A stretch of DNA of 64,000 bases from an uncultured Candidatus Entotheonella sp. (GTDB taxonomy: Bacteria; Tectomicrobia; Entotheonellia; Entotheonellales; Entotheonellaceae): positions 3,296,001-3,360,000 of the forward strand of contig OZ244252.1 of the NCBI GenBank assembly GCA_965217185.1, written 5' to 3'. Made by a program: the position numbers and the translations under genes. The notes under the pieces are model-generated. The model was not told the DNA's origin. It did no database searches and was given only the letters and a program-made list of their open reading frames with translations. Positions 21,620-31,208 of the stretch are shown piece by piece. The stretch's first letter is position 1; each line of letters opens with the position of its first letter.

Positions 21620-22273
21620 CTACTTGCTCTCCGGGTAAGCCGTTCCCCAGGCCCAGCCGCCGGCGCCAGAACCGCGCGCCGCCATGCGCTGACGCACCAC
21701 GTTGGCCACTTCCTCGCCGTCGCCGGCCACCAGCGCCTTGGTCGAACACACCGACGCGCACATGGGCAGCTTGCCCTCGGCAATGCGGTTGGAGCCGTAC
21801 ATCCGGCGCTCGCGGTCCGAGAACGGTTCTTCGGGGCCGCCCGCACAATACGTGCATTTGTCCATGACGCCGCGCGCCCCGAACGGCGACGACTTGGGAA
21901 ATTGCGGCGCCCCGAACGGGCAGGCGTACAGGCAATACCCGCAGCCGATGCACGTCTCTTTGTTTACCTGCACGATGCCGTCCTCGCGGTGATACAACGC
22001 ATCCACCGGACACACCGCCACGCACGGCGCCTTGGAGCAGTGCATGCACGGGATCGCCACGTTGGACTCGCCCGCCTCGCCCTCGTTCACCGTCACGACA
22101 CGGATACGCGCGATGCCTTCGGGCACGTTGTTCTCGTTCTTACAGGCCACTTCGCAGCCGCCGCACTCGATGCAGCGCTTCACGTCCACATAGAACTTCA
22201 AGCGCGCCGGGGCGTGTTTCGCCTGGGGTCCCTCCGACTCACGAAACGGAATGGTTACTTGCGTCTGTGCCAT
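21620..22273 (-). CDS. Formate dehydrogenase iron-sulfur (beta) subunit
   Basis: Four Cys clusters (CIECGGCEVACK, CMHC..C..CP, CIGCGYC..CP, KCTYC..C..C); YGSNRIAEGKLP. Confidence 0.9.
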   Translation of the reverse strand: MAQTQVTIPFRESEGPQAKHAPARLKFYVDVKRCIECGGCEVACKNENNVPEGIARIRVVTVNEGEAGESNVAIPCMHCSKAPCVAVCPVDALYHREDGIVQVNKETCIGCGYCLYACPFGAPQFPKSSPFGARGVMDKCTYCAGGPEEPFSDRERRMYGSNRIAEGKLPMCASVCSTKALVAGDGEEVANVVRQRMAARGSGAGGWAWGTAYPESK

Positions 22274-22345
22274 GCTCTCGGCTCCTCTCTCGTTTCAATC
22301 CACTCCCCCAACCGAAGTCAGGGAGATTCGGCGGTACGCGCCTGC

Positions 22346-25180
22346 TCAGGCTTTGCTGATGCGGCACAGGCCGGTCTTGGTTTCCTGCATCTGGGTCACC
22401 CGGTCATAGCCATAATTGGTCACGATGTTGGCGGATTCGCCCAATCCGTACGGGACGTAACCCTCCGGGTACTTGCTGGCCAGCGATTCGCCCTCGAGCA
22501 TGCCGCCCCAGTGAAAGGGCAGATAGACCATGTCGGGGCCCACCCGCTTGGTGATCTTGGCCTTCACCTTGATGCGGCTCGGCTTGTCGTCCTGATCCTC
22601 GGGGCTCTCGATCCATACCCAATCGCCGTGCCTGATGCGGTGGTCGTTCGCCAGCTTGGGGTGAATTTCCACATACATTTCCGGCTGCAGTTCCACCAGC
22701 CACCAGCAGGCGCGCTCGCTGTTGCCGCCGCCCTCGAATTCTACCTGCCGGCCGCTGCTCAGGATGATCGGGTAGTCCTTCACCCAGTCCGGCCTTTGTA
22801 GACTCTTGAACAGGGTTGGCACGCGGTAATGGTCCTTCACGTCGTCGTACGTCGGCCATTGCTCAATTAGATCGGGCCGCGGGCTGTGAATCGGCTCGCG
22901 ATGCGCCGGCACGGGATCGGGAATGTTCCACGAATTAAACCGCGCGCGGCCATTGCCGAACGGCGCCAACTCCTTGGCCATGGCGTCCGCGAATACCTGC
23001 CCCGTCAGGTCCGTCTTCCAGTCCTTCAACTCCGCGTAGCCGCCGTTGACCGAACTGCCCGCCGGGGCGGAACCGTTCGCCGCCAGCAGCGTGTCGCCGT
23101 CCGGCGCCTGCGTCCCCCAACGCGCCCGGAAACCCAAGCCGCCCTGCGATACCGGAATGTCGGTGCGGTACAGGATGTGGGTACCCGGGTGCTGCTCGGT
23201 CCAGCACGGCCAGGGCAGGCCCCACTGCTCGCCGTCCACCGGGCCGCCGACGGCCGTTTTCGTCTTGATGTCGAAGGCGTGCGCCCATTCCTGCTGGCGT
23301 TTGATGCGCTCGTACGTCTGTCCGGTCATGCCAATGGTGCGCATGCCGAGGTTCCACTCCCGGATGATCGACGCGTAGGTCTCCTCCGGCAGTTCCTTCA
23401 CGTCCTGCATGCTCTCCGGCACGCCCTCCCAGGCGGCCTGAGTGTTGCGGGTCAGGCCGTCCTTGAATCCCAGGCGTTCGGCCAGGTCCAGCAGAATGGC
23501 CAGGTCGGAGCGCGATTCCCACACCGGCGCGACCACACGGTTGCGCCACTGAATGTCGCGGTTGGAGTTGGTTACCGAGCCGTACTGCTCGTACACGGTC
23601 GCCGCCGGCAGGATGTAAACGCCGTCCGGGCGGTCCGGCAGAATCGACGTGGTGGTAACGAACGGATCGATGTCGACCAGCAAATCCACCTTTTCCAGGG
23701 CGCGCTTGATGCGGTCGAGCTGCGACTGGCAGTTCGTCGAGTGCCCCCAGTAAAAGGCGGCGTGGACGTTCACGTCCTGCCCCAGTTCCTCGGCGTCAAG
23801 CAGCACGCCCTCGTACCAACGGGCCACCGTAAAGCCCACTTTCTGCATCATCTTCTCATTGGTAAAGCGCGACTTGAGCTCCTCGGCGTCGGTGCCCCAG
23901 ACGTTCGCCCAGTGATTCCACGCCCCGGCGCCCAGGCCGTAGTAGCCGGGCAGGGTGTTGGACAGCACCCCGAGGTCGGTGGCGCCCTGCACGTTGTCGT
24001 GGCCGCGGAAGACGTTGGTGCCGCCGCCCGGCACGCCCATGTTACCGAGCACCAGCTGCAGGGCGCAGTAGGAGCGGGTGATCGAGGTGCCGTTGGTATG
24101 CTGCGTGCCGCCCATCGCCCAGATGACCGTGCCCGGCCGGTTATCGGCCATGGTCCTGGCGATGCGCTCCAACTCGGCCTCCGGCACGCCGGTGATGTTC
24201 TCTACCGTGTCTGGGTCGAACTTGCCCACCTCGTCCACCAGCGCCTGCAGGCCGTAGGTGCGCTCGTTCAGCATGCGCTTGTCTTCCCAGCCGTTCTTCA
24301 AAATGATGTAGATCAGGCCGTAAATGAACGCCACGTCGGTGCCGGAGCGGATGCGGGCGTACTGATTGGCGAACGCCGCCGTCTTGCTGAAGCGCGGGTC
24401 GACGACGATCACCTGCGCCCGGTTCACTTCCTTCGCCGTCAGGATGTGCTGCATGGCGATGGGGTGCGAGGTGCAGACGTTCTCACCGATGATCATGATG
24501 CTGCGGCTGTGGCGGATGTCGTTCATCGAGTTGGTCATGGCGCCGTAGCCCCACACGTTGGCCAGCCCGGCCACCGTGGTGGAGTGGCAGATGCGCGCCT
24601 GGTGGTCGATGTTGTTGGAACCCCAGAAGGCGGCGAACTTGCGCAGCGCGTAGGCGGTTTCGTTGTTGTGATGCGCCGAGCCGAGGAGCATGAGGGCGTC
24701 GGGCCCGTGCTGTTCGCGGATGTCCTGGAGCTTGGCCACGATCTCGCTCATGGCCTGATCCCACGACAGCCGCTGCCATTGCCCGTTGACGCGCTTCATG
24801 GGATAGCGCAGCCGCTTCTCGCTGATGACGTGCTCGCGCGCCGCGGCGCCCTTGGAGCACAGGCTGCCGAGGTTGATGGGGTGCTCGAACCACGGCTCCT
24901 GGCTCACCCAGACCCCGTTCTGCACTTCGCCCACGAACCCGCAGCCGACGGCGCAATTGCCGCAGATCGTTTTGACCTGTTCCAACTGCGGAAGATTCAA
25001 TGCCCCCGGGTCCTGAGCGGCCTCGGTTTCCTCGACCAGGCCCGCGGTCATCGAGGCGGCCAGGCCGCCGAGGCCGGCGGCGCGGAGAAAATGGCGCCGG
25101 TCGAGGCGAGGGTTCAGGGCTTGCGGCCATCCCGGCTGTCGTGCCGGGTCGCCGTGGTCCTGCCGGCGGATGAGTTTCAT
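22346..25180 (-). CDS. Formate dehydrogenase alpha subunit (Mo/W-bisPGD, Tat signal, Cys ligand)
   Basis: DRRHFL Tat motif, CGNCAVGC..CSKG, ARICHS, RGHDNVQG, QETKTGLC. Confidence 0.92.
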   Translation of the reverse strand: MKLIRRQDHGDPARQPGWPQALNPRLDRRHFLRAAGLGGLAASMTAGLVEETEAAQDPGALNLPQLEQVKTICGNCAVGCGFVGEVQNGVWVSQEPWFEHPINLGSLCSKGAAAREHVISEKRLRYPMKRVNGQWQRLSWDQAMSEIVAKLQDIREQHGPDALMLLGSAHHNNETAYALRKFAAFWGSNNIDHQARICHSTTVAGLANVWGYGAMTNSMNDIRHSRSIMIIGENVCTSHPIAMQHILTAKEVNRAQVIVVDPRFSKTAAFANQYARIRSGTDVAFIYGLIYIILKNGWEDKRMLNERTYGLQALVDEVGKFDPDTVENITGVPEAELERIARTMADNRPGTVIWAMGGTQHTNGTSITRSYCALQLVLGNMGVPGGGTNVFRGHDNVQGATDLGVLSNTLPGYYGLGAGAWNHWANVWGTDAEELKSRFTNEKMMQKVGFTVARWYEGVLLDAEELGQDVNVHAAFYWGHSTNCQSQLDRIKRALEKVDLLVDIDPFVTTTSILPDRPDGVYILPAATVYEQYGSVTNSNRDIQWRNRVVAPVWESRSDLAILLDLAERLGFKDGLTRNTQAAWEGVPESMQDVKELPEETYASIIREWNLGMRTIGMTGQTYERIKRQQEWAHAFDIKTKTAVGGPVDGEQWGLPWPCWTEQHPGTHILYRTDIPVSQGGLGFRARWGTQAPDGDTLLAANGSAPAGSSVNGGYAELKDWKTDLTGQVFADAMAKELAPFGNGRARFNSWNIPDPVPAHREPIHSPRPDLIEQWPTYDDVKDHYRVPTLFKSLQRPDWVKDYPIILSSGRQVEFEGGGNSERACWWLVELQPEMYVEIHPKLANDHRIRHGDWVWIESPEDQDDKPSRIKVKAKITKRVGPDMVYLPFHWGGMLEGESLASKYPEGYVPYGLGESANIVTNYGYDRVTQMQETKTGLCRISKA

Positions 25181-25218
25181 CGTCTGTTCTCCTTAATAGC
25201 GATGGATAGCAAGCCTTA

Positions 25219-25428
25219 TCATTGATACAAGGTTCGGTAATAACGCTCGGTCTCCGCGGTGCGGCGATACAGGACCGGCCCCTTGGCCGGCGCAGATTCG
25301 GGCTGCGCCGCCGCGCGCCCGCGCCGGGGGCGGGAAAGCAACGCCGCCGCTGCGCCCAGGCCCGTCAGCATTCTGGCGAGAAACGTACGCCGCGCCTGTC
25401 CTGCTTGGGATTCTCCGTTTCGTGACAT
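25219..25428 (-). CDS. Small Tat-signal protein of formate dehydrogenase regions
   Basis: ARRTFL Tat motif and C-terminal YRRTAETERYYRTL; immediately upstream of the alpha subunit. Confidence 0.75.
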   Translation of the reverse strand: MSRNGESQAGQARRTFLARMLTGLGAAAALLSRPRRGRAAAQPESAPAKGPVLYRRTAETERYYRTLYQ

Positions 25429-25453
25429 GCCTGTCTCCTTTATCTAGGGCCGC

Positions 25454-25702
25454 TTAGCTGACGCACAGCAATGAGGCGCAGGGGAAATCGCCATCGGCGC
25501 CGCGCTCGGCAACTTCGACCTCCACCTCGAAGCCCTCCTGCAGGTCGGTCAGGTCGCCCCCCATCGTGCCCATGGTTTCGGGCTCGGCAACCTCGATCAC
25601 CGCGGCGTCGGGAAACGTGATGGCGACGTCTTCGCCCTCGTGCGTGGTAATGATGCCTTTGCGATTGGCAACGTCCAGTTTCTTGATACGTCCTGCGATC
25701 AC
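25454..25702 (-). CDS. Hypothetical small acidic beta-rich (OB-fold-like) protein
   Basis: AAGGAGG RBS before GTG; G-I pattern and DL.EG..VEV; located inside the operon. Confidence 0.6.
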   Translation of the reverse strand: MIAGRIKKLDVANRKGIITTHEGEDVAITFPDAAVIEVAEPETMGTMGGDLTDLQEGFEVEVEVAERGADGDFPCASLLCVS

Positions 25703-25739
25703 CTGCTCACCTCCTTATCGTATGCCGGTTTGCACACGC

Positions 25740-26462
25740 TCACTCATCCCCTTCGTCCGCTGCGTCGAACAACGGCCCGCGCCACTCCGGCCCGGCGCCA
25801 TATTGGGCGCGGGCTTCGGCAAGCGTGGCCACCTTGTCCAGACCCCAGTCGCAGAACAGGCTTTGCTCGACTTTCAGAAAGCCGCGCAACAACTGCGCCG
25901 CGCCGCGATAAAAGGCCGCCTGCGGGGCCTGTTCGATATCGGCCGCGCAACTCGGTGCCCAGACCAGCAAATGTTCCTTGAGACACGTGACTTGCAGGCG
26001 CAGCCAGCGGTCTGCGTCATCGGGCGCCGCCGCCTGTTTGTCGATCAGCCACCGCATCACGTCCAACTCGAACGCCAGCACGTCCTCAGGATCGGTAAAG
26101 CCCTGCGGTTTCTCAATACCCAACTGCTTGAGGAAACCGCGCCACGTCTTCAGAGGCTCTGTGAAGAACTGCCCGGTCAGGTAATACGAAGCGTAGGGCC
26201 GGATTACCTTGGCGAACGGCTCCAAAAACAACTGGCTGAACTCCGTCGCCACTTCGCCGGGCCGGTGGTTGGCGAGGTAGTCGTCAATAAGCCGCCAGCC
26301 GCTGCCCATCAGGGGATGCACCGCCGCCGCGGCTTCGGTGCGTGGGTGCATGTCGTCGCGCAGGGCCGCGACAAAACCCGCCTCCGGCTCCTTCCACAAC
26401 AGTTGCACGAACAGGCGGTAATACGTCTGCCGAAACTGTATGAAGTCGCGATCCTGAAGCAT
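25740..26462 (-). CDS. TorD/DmsD-family molybdoenzyme chaperone
   Basis: EFSQLF..PYASYY, PEDVLAFEL, EHLLVW, FYRGAA. Confidence 0.85.
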   Translation of the reverse strand: MLQDRDFIQFRQTYYRLFVQLLWKEPEAGFVAALRDDMHPRTEAAAAVHPLMGSGWRLIDDYLANHRPGEVATEFSQLFLEPFAKVIRPYASYYLTGQFFTEPLKTWRGFLKQLGIEKPQGFTDPEDVLAFELDVMRWLIDKQAAAPDDADRWLRLQVTCLKEHLLVWAPSCAADIEQAPQAAFYRGAAQLLRGFLKVEQSLFCDWGLDKVATLAEARAQYGAGPEWRGPLFDAADEGDE

Positions 26463-26474
26463 GCCCGCCTCCGC

Positions 26475-26900
26475 TCACAACTCTTCCAGGCTGCCGGACT
26501 CTTCCTCAAACAGACGATCCAACGCCTGGTCCACAAACATCTTGTAGGACAAACTATCCTCCAGCGGCGCGTCGCCTCGCTGCCGCCGGGCGGTGATTTC
26601 CTCGTTGAGCGCCCCACCCACGGCTGCCTCGATGCGCTCGAATAAAGGCGCCTCGGAGACAGCGGTAGCGACCACCTGTGCGTCCCACCAGCGCTCCCAA
26701 ACGTCCTGGTAGGGTCCCAGACCCGGGAACCGCCCCGCCTCGCGGACGGCTTGCTCCGACGCTATGTTGACGGACGCCTGCACGTCCATCACCTGCCGCC
26801 ATTTGTGCAGCGCCAAGTGGCGTTTGTAGGCGTCGAGGGCGGCATCCATGAACTCCTTGCCCTGCTTTCTGCCGCGCCCGTATTTTTTCCTGTCGCGCAT
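26475..26900 (-). CDS. Hypothetical protein in fdh operon
   Basis: 141-aa ORF tightly packed between fdhD and the TorD-family gene. Confidence 0.65.
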   Translation of the reverse strand: MRDRKKYGRGRKQGKEFMDAALDAYKRHLALHKWRQVMDVQASVNIASEQAVREAGRFPGLGPYQDVWERWWDAQVVATAVSEAPLFERIEAAVGGALNEEITARRQRGDAPLEDSLSYKMFVDQALDRLFEEESGSLEEL

Positions 26901-26903
26901 GCG

Positions 26904-27704
26904 TCAATCCCCCGACACCGCAACGGCTTCCGCTTCCACCGCCGCGGCGGACGGTTGGTGCAGCAGGCGCTCGGCGTGCGTGTAGACGTTGAAGCTGTTG
27001 CGCCGCACGTAGCCGATGACCGTGACGCCGAGCCGTTTGGCAGCCTCGATGGCCAGTGTCGTCGGCGAGGTGCGCGAGATCAGAAACGGCGTTCCCATAT
27101 GGGCGCCCTTGCGCAGCATCTCCGACGAAATACGCCCAGTGGTCAGGAGGATCCGGCCCCGGGTGGGGATACCCAGCGTCATCGCCTCGCCGAGAATTTT
27201 GTCGAGCGCATTGTGGCGCCCCACGTCCTCCGCCAACAGCAAAATCCGCTCGCCGTCGCTCAGAGCCGCGGCGTGAATGCCGCGCGATGCCCGGTACATG
27301 TCGGCACCGTCGAACAACTGCCGCATGAGGGGAAAGACGTCGTCCGGCGTCAGGCTCAAATCGCTGAACAGCGGCGGGTAGTGCGACGTCTCAATGCTGA
27401 ACGTCAACCCCATGCCGCAACCGGACGTGAAGACCCGTTTCTTTGGCTGCACCAGGGCGGTGGCCAGCTCGATCGCCACTGCGCCGTTGTCGGCGTCGAT
27501 GTCCAAGGCGCGGATGTCGTCCAAGCCGCTGATGATGCCCTCGAAGCACAGGAACCCGATCACCAGATAATCCAGCTTCACCGGGGTGCACAGGAAGGTC
27601 GCCAATTCGACGCCGTTGACGATGATGGTGAGCGGCTGCTCGCGCACCACCGACTTTTCGAACTGCGTGAAAGCGCCGTTTTCGTAGCGGTAGACATATG
27701 GCAT
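26904..27704 (-). CDS. fdhD: Formate dehydrogenase accessory sulfurtransferase FdhD
   Basis: TSGCG, GIHAAAL, EDVGRHNALDK, TGRISSEM; start overlaps the upstream stop (TAATG). Confidence 0.9.
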   Translation of the reverse strand: MPYVYRYENGAFTQFEKSVVREQPLTIIVNGVELATFLCTPVKLDYLVIGFLCFEGIISGLDDIRALDIDADNGAVAIELATALVQPKKRVFTSGCGMGLTFSIETSHYPPLFSDLSLTPDDVFPLMRQLFDGADMYRASRGIHAAALSDGERILLLAEDVGRHNALDKILGEAMTLGIPTRGRILLTTGRISSEMLRKGAHMGTPFLISRTSPTTLAIEAAKRLGVTVIGYVRRNSFNVYTHAERLLHQPSAAAVEAEAVAVSGD

Positions 27705-29641
27705 TACGGCTCCCAACCTTGTTCGACTTCCTGCATGGCGGCCACCGCACGACAGTCGGGGCACATTCTGAGCAGATTTTGCCGCGCACCGCTGAACGCC
27801 TCCATGAGGGGTCCGAGGTGCAGCATTTTCGCCAGAATGGCGTCCAGGGATTTTCGATTGATGAAGGGTTTGCCGCACTGCAGACAGGCCACCATCTCGT
27901 CGCGCACCACGGTGCGGTAATTCAGCGCCTCGTGTGTAAACACCACCTCGTGACGCAGGCTGATGACGTTCTCCGGGCACAGCGTCTCGCAAAGCCCGCA
28001 GGCCACGCAGGCAAAGTGGTTGAATTGCAGGGAGAACGTCGGCTCATCCAGCCGGAAGGCGTGCGTTGGGCAGACGTTGACACACGAGCGGCACAGCGTG
28101 CAGCCTTCCGCTTCAACCTCGGCCGTGGCGAACGGCAGCGCGGCGTCAACGGGCTGCCGACCCGGCTCGCGCCTGCGTTGTTCGATGAACGTGCCGACGA
28201 TTTCCGTCAGCGCCTGCCGGTCGCTGGTGACGCGCCAGGGCTTGCCGTCCCAGTGGATAAGCGCCGGAGGCAGGGATTCGGCGAAACGTGTCAGGTCGGC
28301 GACGGTTTCCGCCTCCTCACCGTCCGCGGTCACGAGCAGCCGCAGACGTTCTGGGCCCATGTCGAACGTCTCAAGCGTCAAGCGACAGAATGCCAGCGTG
28401 CGTTCCAACAAGGCGCGCTCACCATGCGGGCACGTGGCGCAGCCGAGCAATCCCACTCCCGCGGCGCCGAGCCGCAACGCGCCCAGGATGGCGGCGGCGG
28501 AGACGTGCCGCAGACACGGCACTCGCACGCCGAGCACCTTGGCCGGGTATGGCAACGACTGCCGTCCCGCTTCTTCGATGAACGATTTACCCTGTTCGCT
28601 GCAATGAAAGAGCACCACCTGATCCGCGTCGCCGCTGTCCGGCGCCAACAGCGCCGCGAGTTGCGCGTATAACGCCTGCGGCGACGGCTCCGTGAACCGC
28701 AGGGCCGACGTCGGGCAAGCCGAACTGCAGGCGCCGCATCCCTCACAGGCCAGATGGTCCACCTCAATGCGCAGCGGATTCGTCGGGTCGCGCCGGATCG
28801 CCTCGTACGGACAGGCCGGGATGCACGCCCCGCAGGCTTGTTGGCCCGCCGCGCCGCCGGCGCAGATATCGGCATCGTACGCCACGTGCACGGTCTTCAG
28901 GAAGTCACCGGTCAGGTCGTCGATGCGCGCGGCAAGTTGGTCGAGGTCCGCCACATCGGCACTGTTGAGGACGTGGTAACCGGTGCGCGTAGGACCCGCC
29001 GACGGGTCGGAGGCGAATGTCACCACCTGATCGACCACGAGTTCCTGTTGCTCGCCGCCCGCCAAGCCGACGACGGTGCGGAAATCCCCCAGCCGGCCGG
29101 ACACCTCCAGCAACTCGCCTCGGTAAATCCGCCAGGAAGGCAGCGGCTCGACGGCAGCCGCGTGCGGACTCTGCACAAGAATCGGTCGGATAGCGCTGCC
29201 CAGCCGCCGTGCGAGATCCCCGGCCAACGGCTCGTCGGCAACGATGAGGACGCGCCCGTCGCTCCGCAAAGGAAGGTAGCGGGGCTCTGCCTGCACCTCC
29301 GCCGCCTGCAGCGCCCCACGTAGGAGGCGGCTGGCCTTGCCATGAGCTTCCTGCGGGTCGGCGTGCACCGCGAAACAGGATTCTTTGAGATCGACGAAGT
29401 GAGCCTTGGAACTCGGGCCAATGTCAGGCCGGAGGGCATCTTCGAAGCGGGCAGGTGAATCGCAGCAGGCGATCATGGCGTGCGTGCAGCGTTCGCGGCT
29501 GACAAGGTCCGCGAAATCCTGCAAGTCGCTGTCGGGATGGGTGGCGAACTGAACGTGGGGGGTGGGAAGGTCGAACCGTTGGGGGTCAAGCGCCAGCGTG
29601 TGTCGGCAGTTACAGAGGAATATGCCCCACTTTGCCGTCAT
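27704..29641 (-). CDS. Multi-[4Fe-4S] protein with HdrA-like N-terminus and MvhD/FlpD-like domain
   Basis: LCNC and IACC, four ferredoxin motifs, FHC..VPC..GCATCPH, terminal CLQC..CPDC. Confidence 0.8.
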   Translation of the reverse strand: MTAKWGIFLCNCRHTLALDPQRFDLPTPHVQFATHPDSDLQDFADLVSRERCTHAMIACCDSPARFEDALRPDIGPSSKAHFVDLKESCFAVHADPQEAHGKASRLLRGALQAAEVQAEPRYLPLRSDGRVLIVADEPLAGDLARRLGSAIRPILVQSPHAAAVEPLPSWRIYRGELLEVSGRLGDFRTVVGLAGGEQQELVVDQVVTFASDPSAGPTRTGYHVLNSADVADLDQLAARIDDLTGDFLKTVHVAYDADICAGGAAGQQACGACIPACPYEAIRRDPTNPLRIEVDHLACEGCGACSSACPTSALRFTEPSPQALYAQLAALLAPDSGDADQVVLFHCSEQGKSFIEEAGRQSLPYPAKVLGVRVPCLRHVSAAAILGALRLGAAGVGLLGCATCPHGERALLERTLAFCRLTLETFDMGPERLRLLVTADGEEAETVADLTRFAESLPPALIHWDGKPWRVTSDRQALTEIVGTFIEQRRREPGRQPVDAALPFATAEVEAEGCTLCRSCVNVCPTHAFRLDEPTFSLQFNHFACVACGLCETLCPENVISLRHEVVFTHEALNYRTVVRDEMVACLQCGKPFINRKSLDAILAKMLHLGPLMEAFSGARQNLLRMCPDCRAVAAMQEVEQGWEP

Positions 29642-29729
29642 GTCGTGTCCCCCGTACCGCTCTCATACCACCGCTGATTGTTTGGAAAAGCGTTGCATCA
29701 AATACGGCGGCACCCTTGAGAAGGGCGCC

Positions 29730-29759
29730 AATGTAGAGCAGCCCTGACGGCACTGTCAA
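29730..29759 (-). promoter_or_regulatory. Putative sigma70 promoter of the fdh operon
   Basis: Minus strand TTGACA-N18-TACATT, about 90 bp upstream of 29641; overlaps a TGAC-N6-GTCA inverted repeat. Confidence 0.45.
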
Positions 29760-29809
29760 CCCTTAAAACACCACTCATAAATCCCTCTCAACGGCAAGCC
29801 GGGATGGCC

Positions 29810-31195
29810 CTACGGCAAATTACCGACCAGGGCACGGAAGTGGTCGCCGCGGGCTTCATAGTGGGGAAACTGGTCGTAGCTTGCGCAGGCAGGGGAGAGA
29901 AGAACGACGTCGCCGGGTCGGGCAAGGTCGGCGGCGCGCTGCAGGGCGGCGTCCAGGGTGGGAAGTTGAATGACGTCGGGCGGCGAAGACACCCGCTCGA
30001 GGGCGGCGGCCAGCTTGGGAGCGGTGTTGCCATACAGGAGCGCGACCCGGACGCGAGATTGCATGACGTGGGCGAGGTCGTCGAACGGGGTGCCTTTGTC
30101 GTAGCCGCCGGCGAGCAGCAGGACGGGCTGTTCAAACGCTTGCAGGGCGCACTGGGTGGAAAACGGCGTGGTGGCCTTGGAGTCGTTGTAATAGGCGACG
30201 CCGCCCTTGTCGGCGATCCATTCCAGCCGGTGCGGCAGGCCGGTGAAGGCTTGCAGGCCGCGGGCAATGGTGCCTGGCGGTACGCCCAGAGTGGTGGCGG
30301 CAGCGGCGGCAGCGGCGGCGTTGCCGAGGTTGTGCAGGCCGCGCAAACGCAGGTCGGAGTCGTGACAAAGCACGCGGCGCTCGCCCTCCGAGGCCAGCAC
30401 CAAGGCGCTGCCGTCACGGTAGACACCGGCTTCCAGAGGCTCCTGGACGCTGTAGAACAAGCGGCGACCGCGGCCGCGTGCCGCCATGTCCCGAACTGTT
30501 AGGTCATCCCAGTTGAGGACGGCCACGTCGTCCGGCGTCTGGTGGGCCAGGATGACCTCCTTGGCCGCTTGGTAAGCCGCCATAGTGCCGTGCCGGTCGA
30601 GATGATTCGGAGCCAGATTGAGCACTACGGCCAGGGGCGGGCTGTAGCCGAGCCAGTCGAGGTGCTCCAGTTGGAAGCTGGATATTTCCAACACCACCGG
30701 GGTGTCGGGCTCGATGTCGGGCAGGCGGGACAGCAGCGAGCCGCCGATGTTGCCGCCAACGAGGGTGCGGGCGTCGTGGGCTTGCAGGATGTTGCCCAGC
30801 AGCGACGTGGTGGTGGTTTTGCCGACACTGCCGGTGATGCCGATGATGCGCCCGGCGCACTGGCGCACGAAAAGGTTCAACTCGCTGTCCAGCGGCACCC
30901 CGCGCAACCGTGCCAGTTGCAAAAACGGCGAGGTGAGCGGCACGGCGGGGTTGACGAATACGCGGTCGGTGTCGACGAAATCGCCGTCGCGGTGCTCCCC
31001 CAGCACGAAGCGGATGGGCAGGTCCTGCAGCGCCTCCAGAGCGTCCTGCAAGGCGGTGGCGTCTTTCAAATCAGTCACGGTGACCGAGGCATCCTGCTCG
31101 GCGAGATAGCGAGTCAAGCCGACCCCGCCACCGAACGAGCCGAGGCCCATGACGGTCACCCGGCAGCCCTTCCAAGAGGTCGGCGATGACGGCAT
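29810..31195 (-). CDS. murD: UDP-N-acetylmuramoyl-L-alanine--D-glutamate ligase
   Basis: GITGSVGKTTT, GGNIG, LEISSFQL, NHLDRH, PHRLE, NDSKAT, SPACASYDQF. Confidence 0.93.
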   Translation of the reverse strand: MPSSPTSWKGCRVTVMGLGSFGGGVGLTRYLAEQDASVTVTDLKDATALQDALEALQDLPIRFVLGEHRDGDFVDTDRVFVNPAVPLTSPFLQLARLRGVPLDSELNLFVRQCAGRIIGITGSVGKTTTTSLLGNILQAHDARTLVGGNIGGSLLSRLPDIEPDTPVVLEISSFQLEHLDWLGYSPPLAVVLNLAPNHLDRHGTMAAYQAAKEVILAHQTPDDVAVLNWDDLTVRDMAARGRGRRLFYSVQEPLEAGVYRDGSALVLASEGERRVLCHDSDLRLRGLHNLGNAAAAAAAATTLGVPPGTIARGLQAFTGLPHRLEWIADKGGVAYYNDSKATTPFSTQCALQAFEQPVLLLAGGYDKGTPFDDLAHVMQSRVRVALLYGNTAPKLAAALERVSSPPDVIQLPTLDAALQRAADLARPGDVVLLSPACASYDQFPHYEARGDHFRALVGNLP

Positions 31196-31208
31196 GGCGG
31201 AATGTCCT

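Noticed and set aside
24580..24600. Selenocysteine in the FDH alpha subunit
   Set aside because: The active site reads ARICHS with a Cys codon, and the ORF has no internal TGA.
22886..25225. 779-aa plus-strand ORF (also 57087-58595, 33612-35123, 47364-48638)
   Set aside because: Antisense shadows of well-supported genes in GC-rich DNA, with no recognisable motifs.
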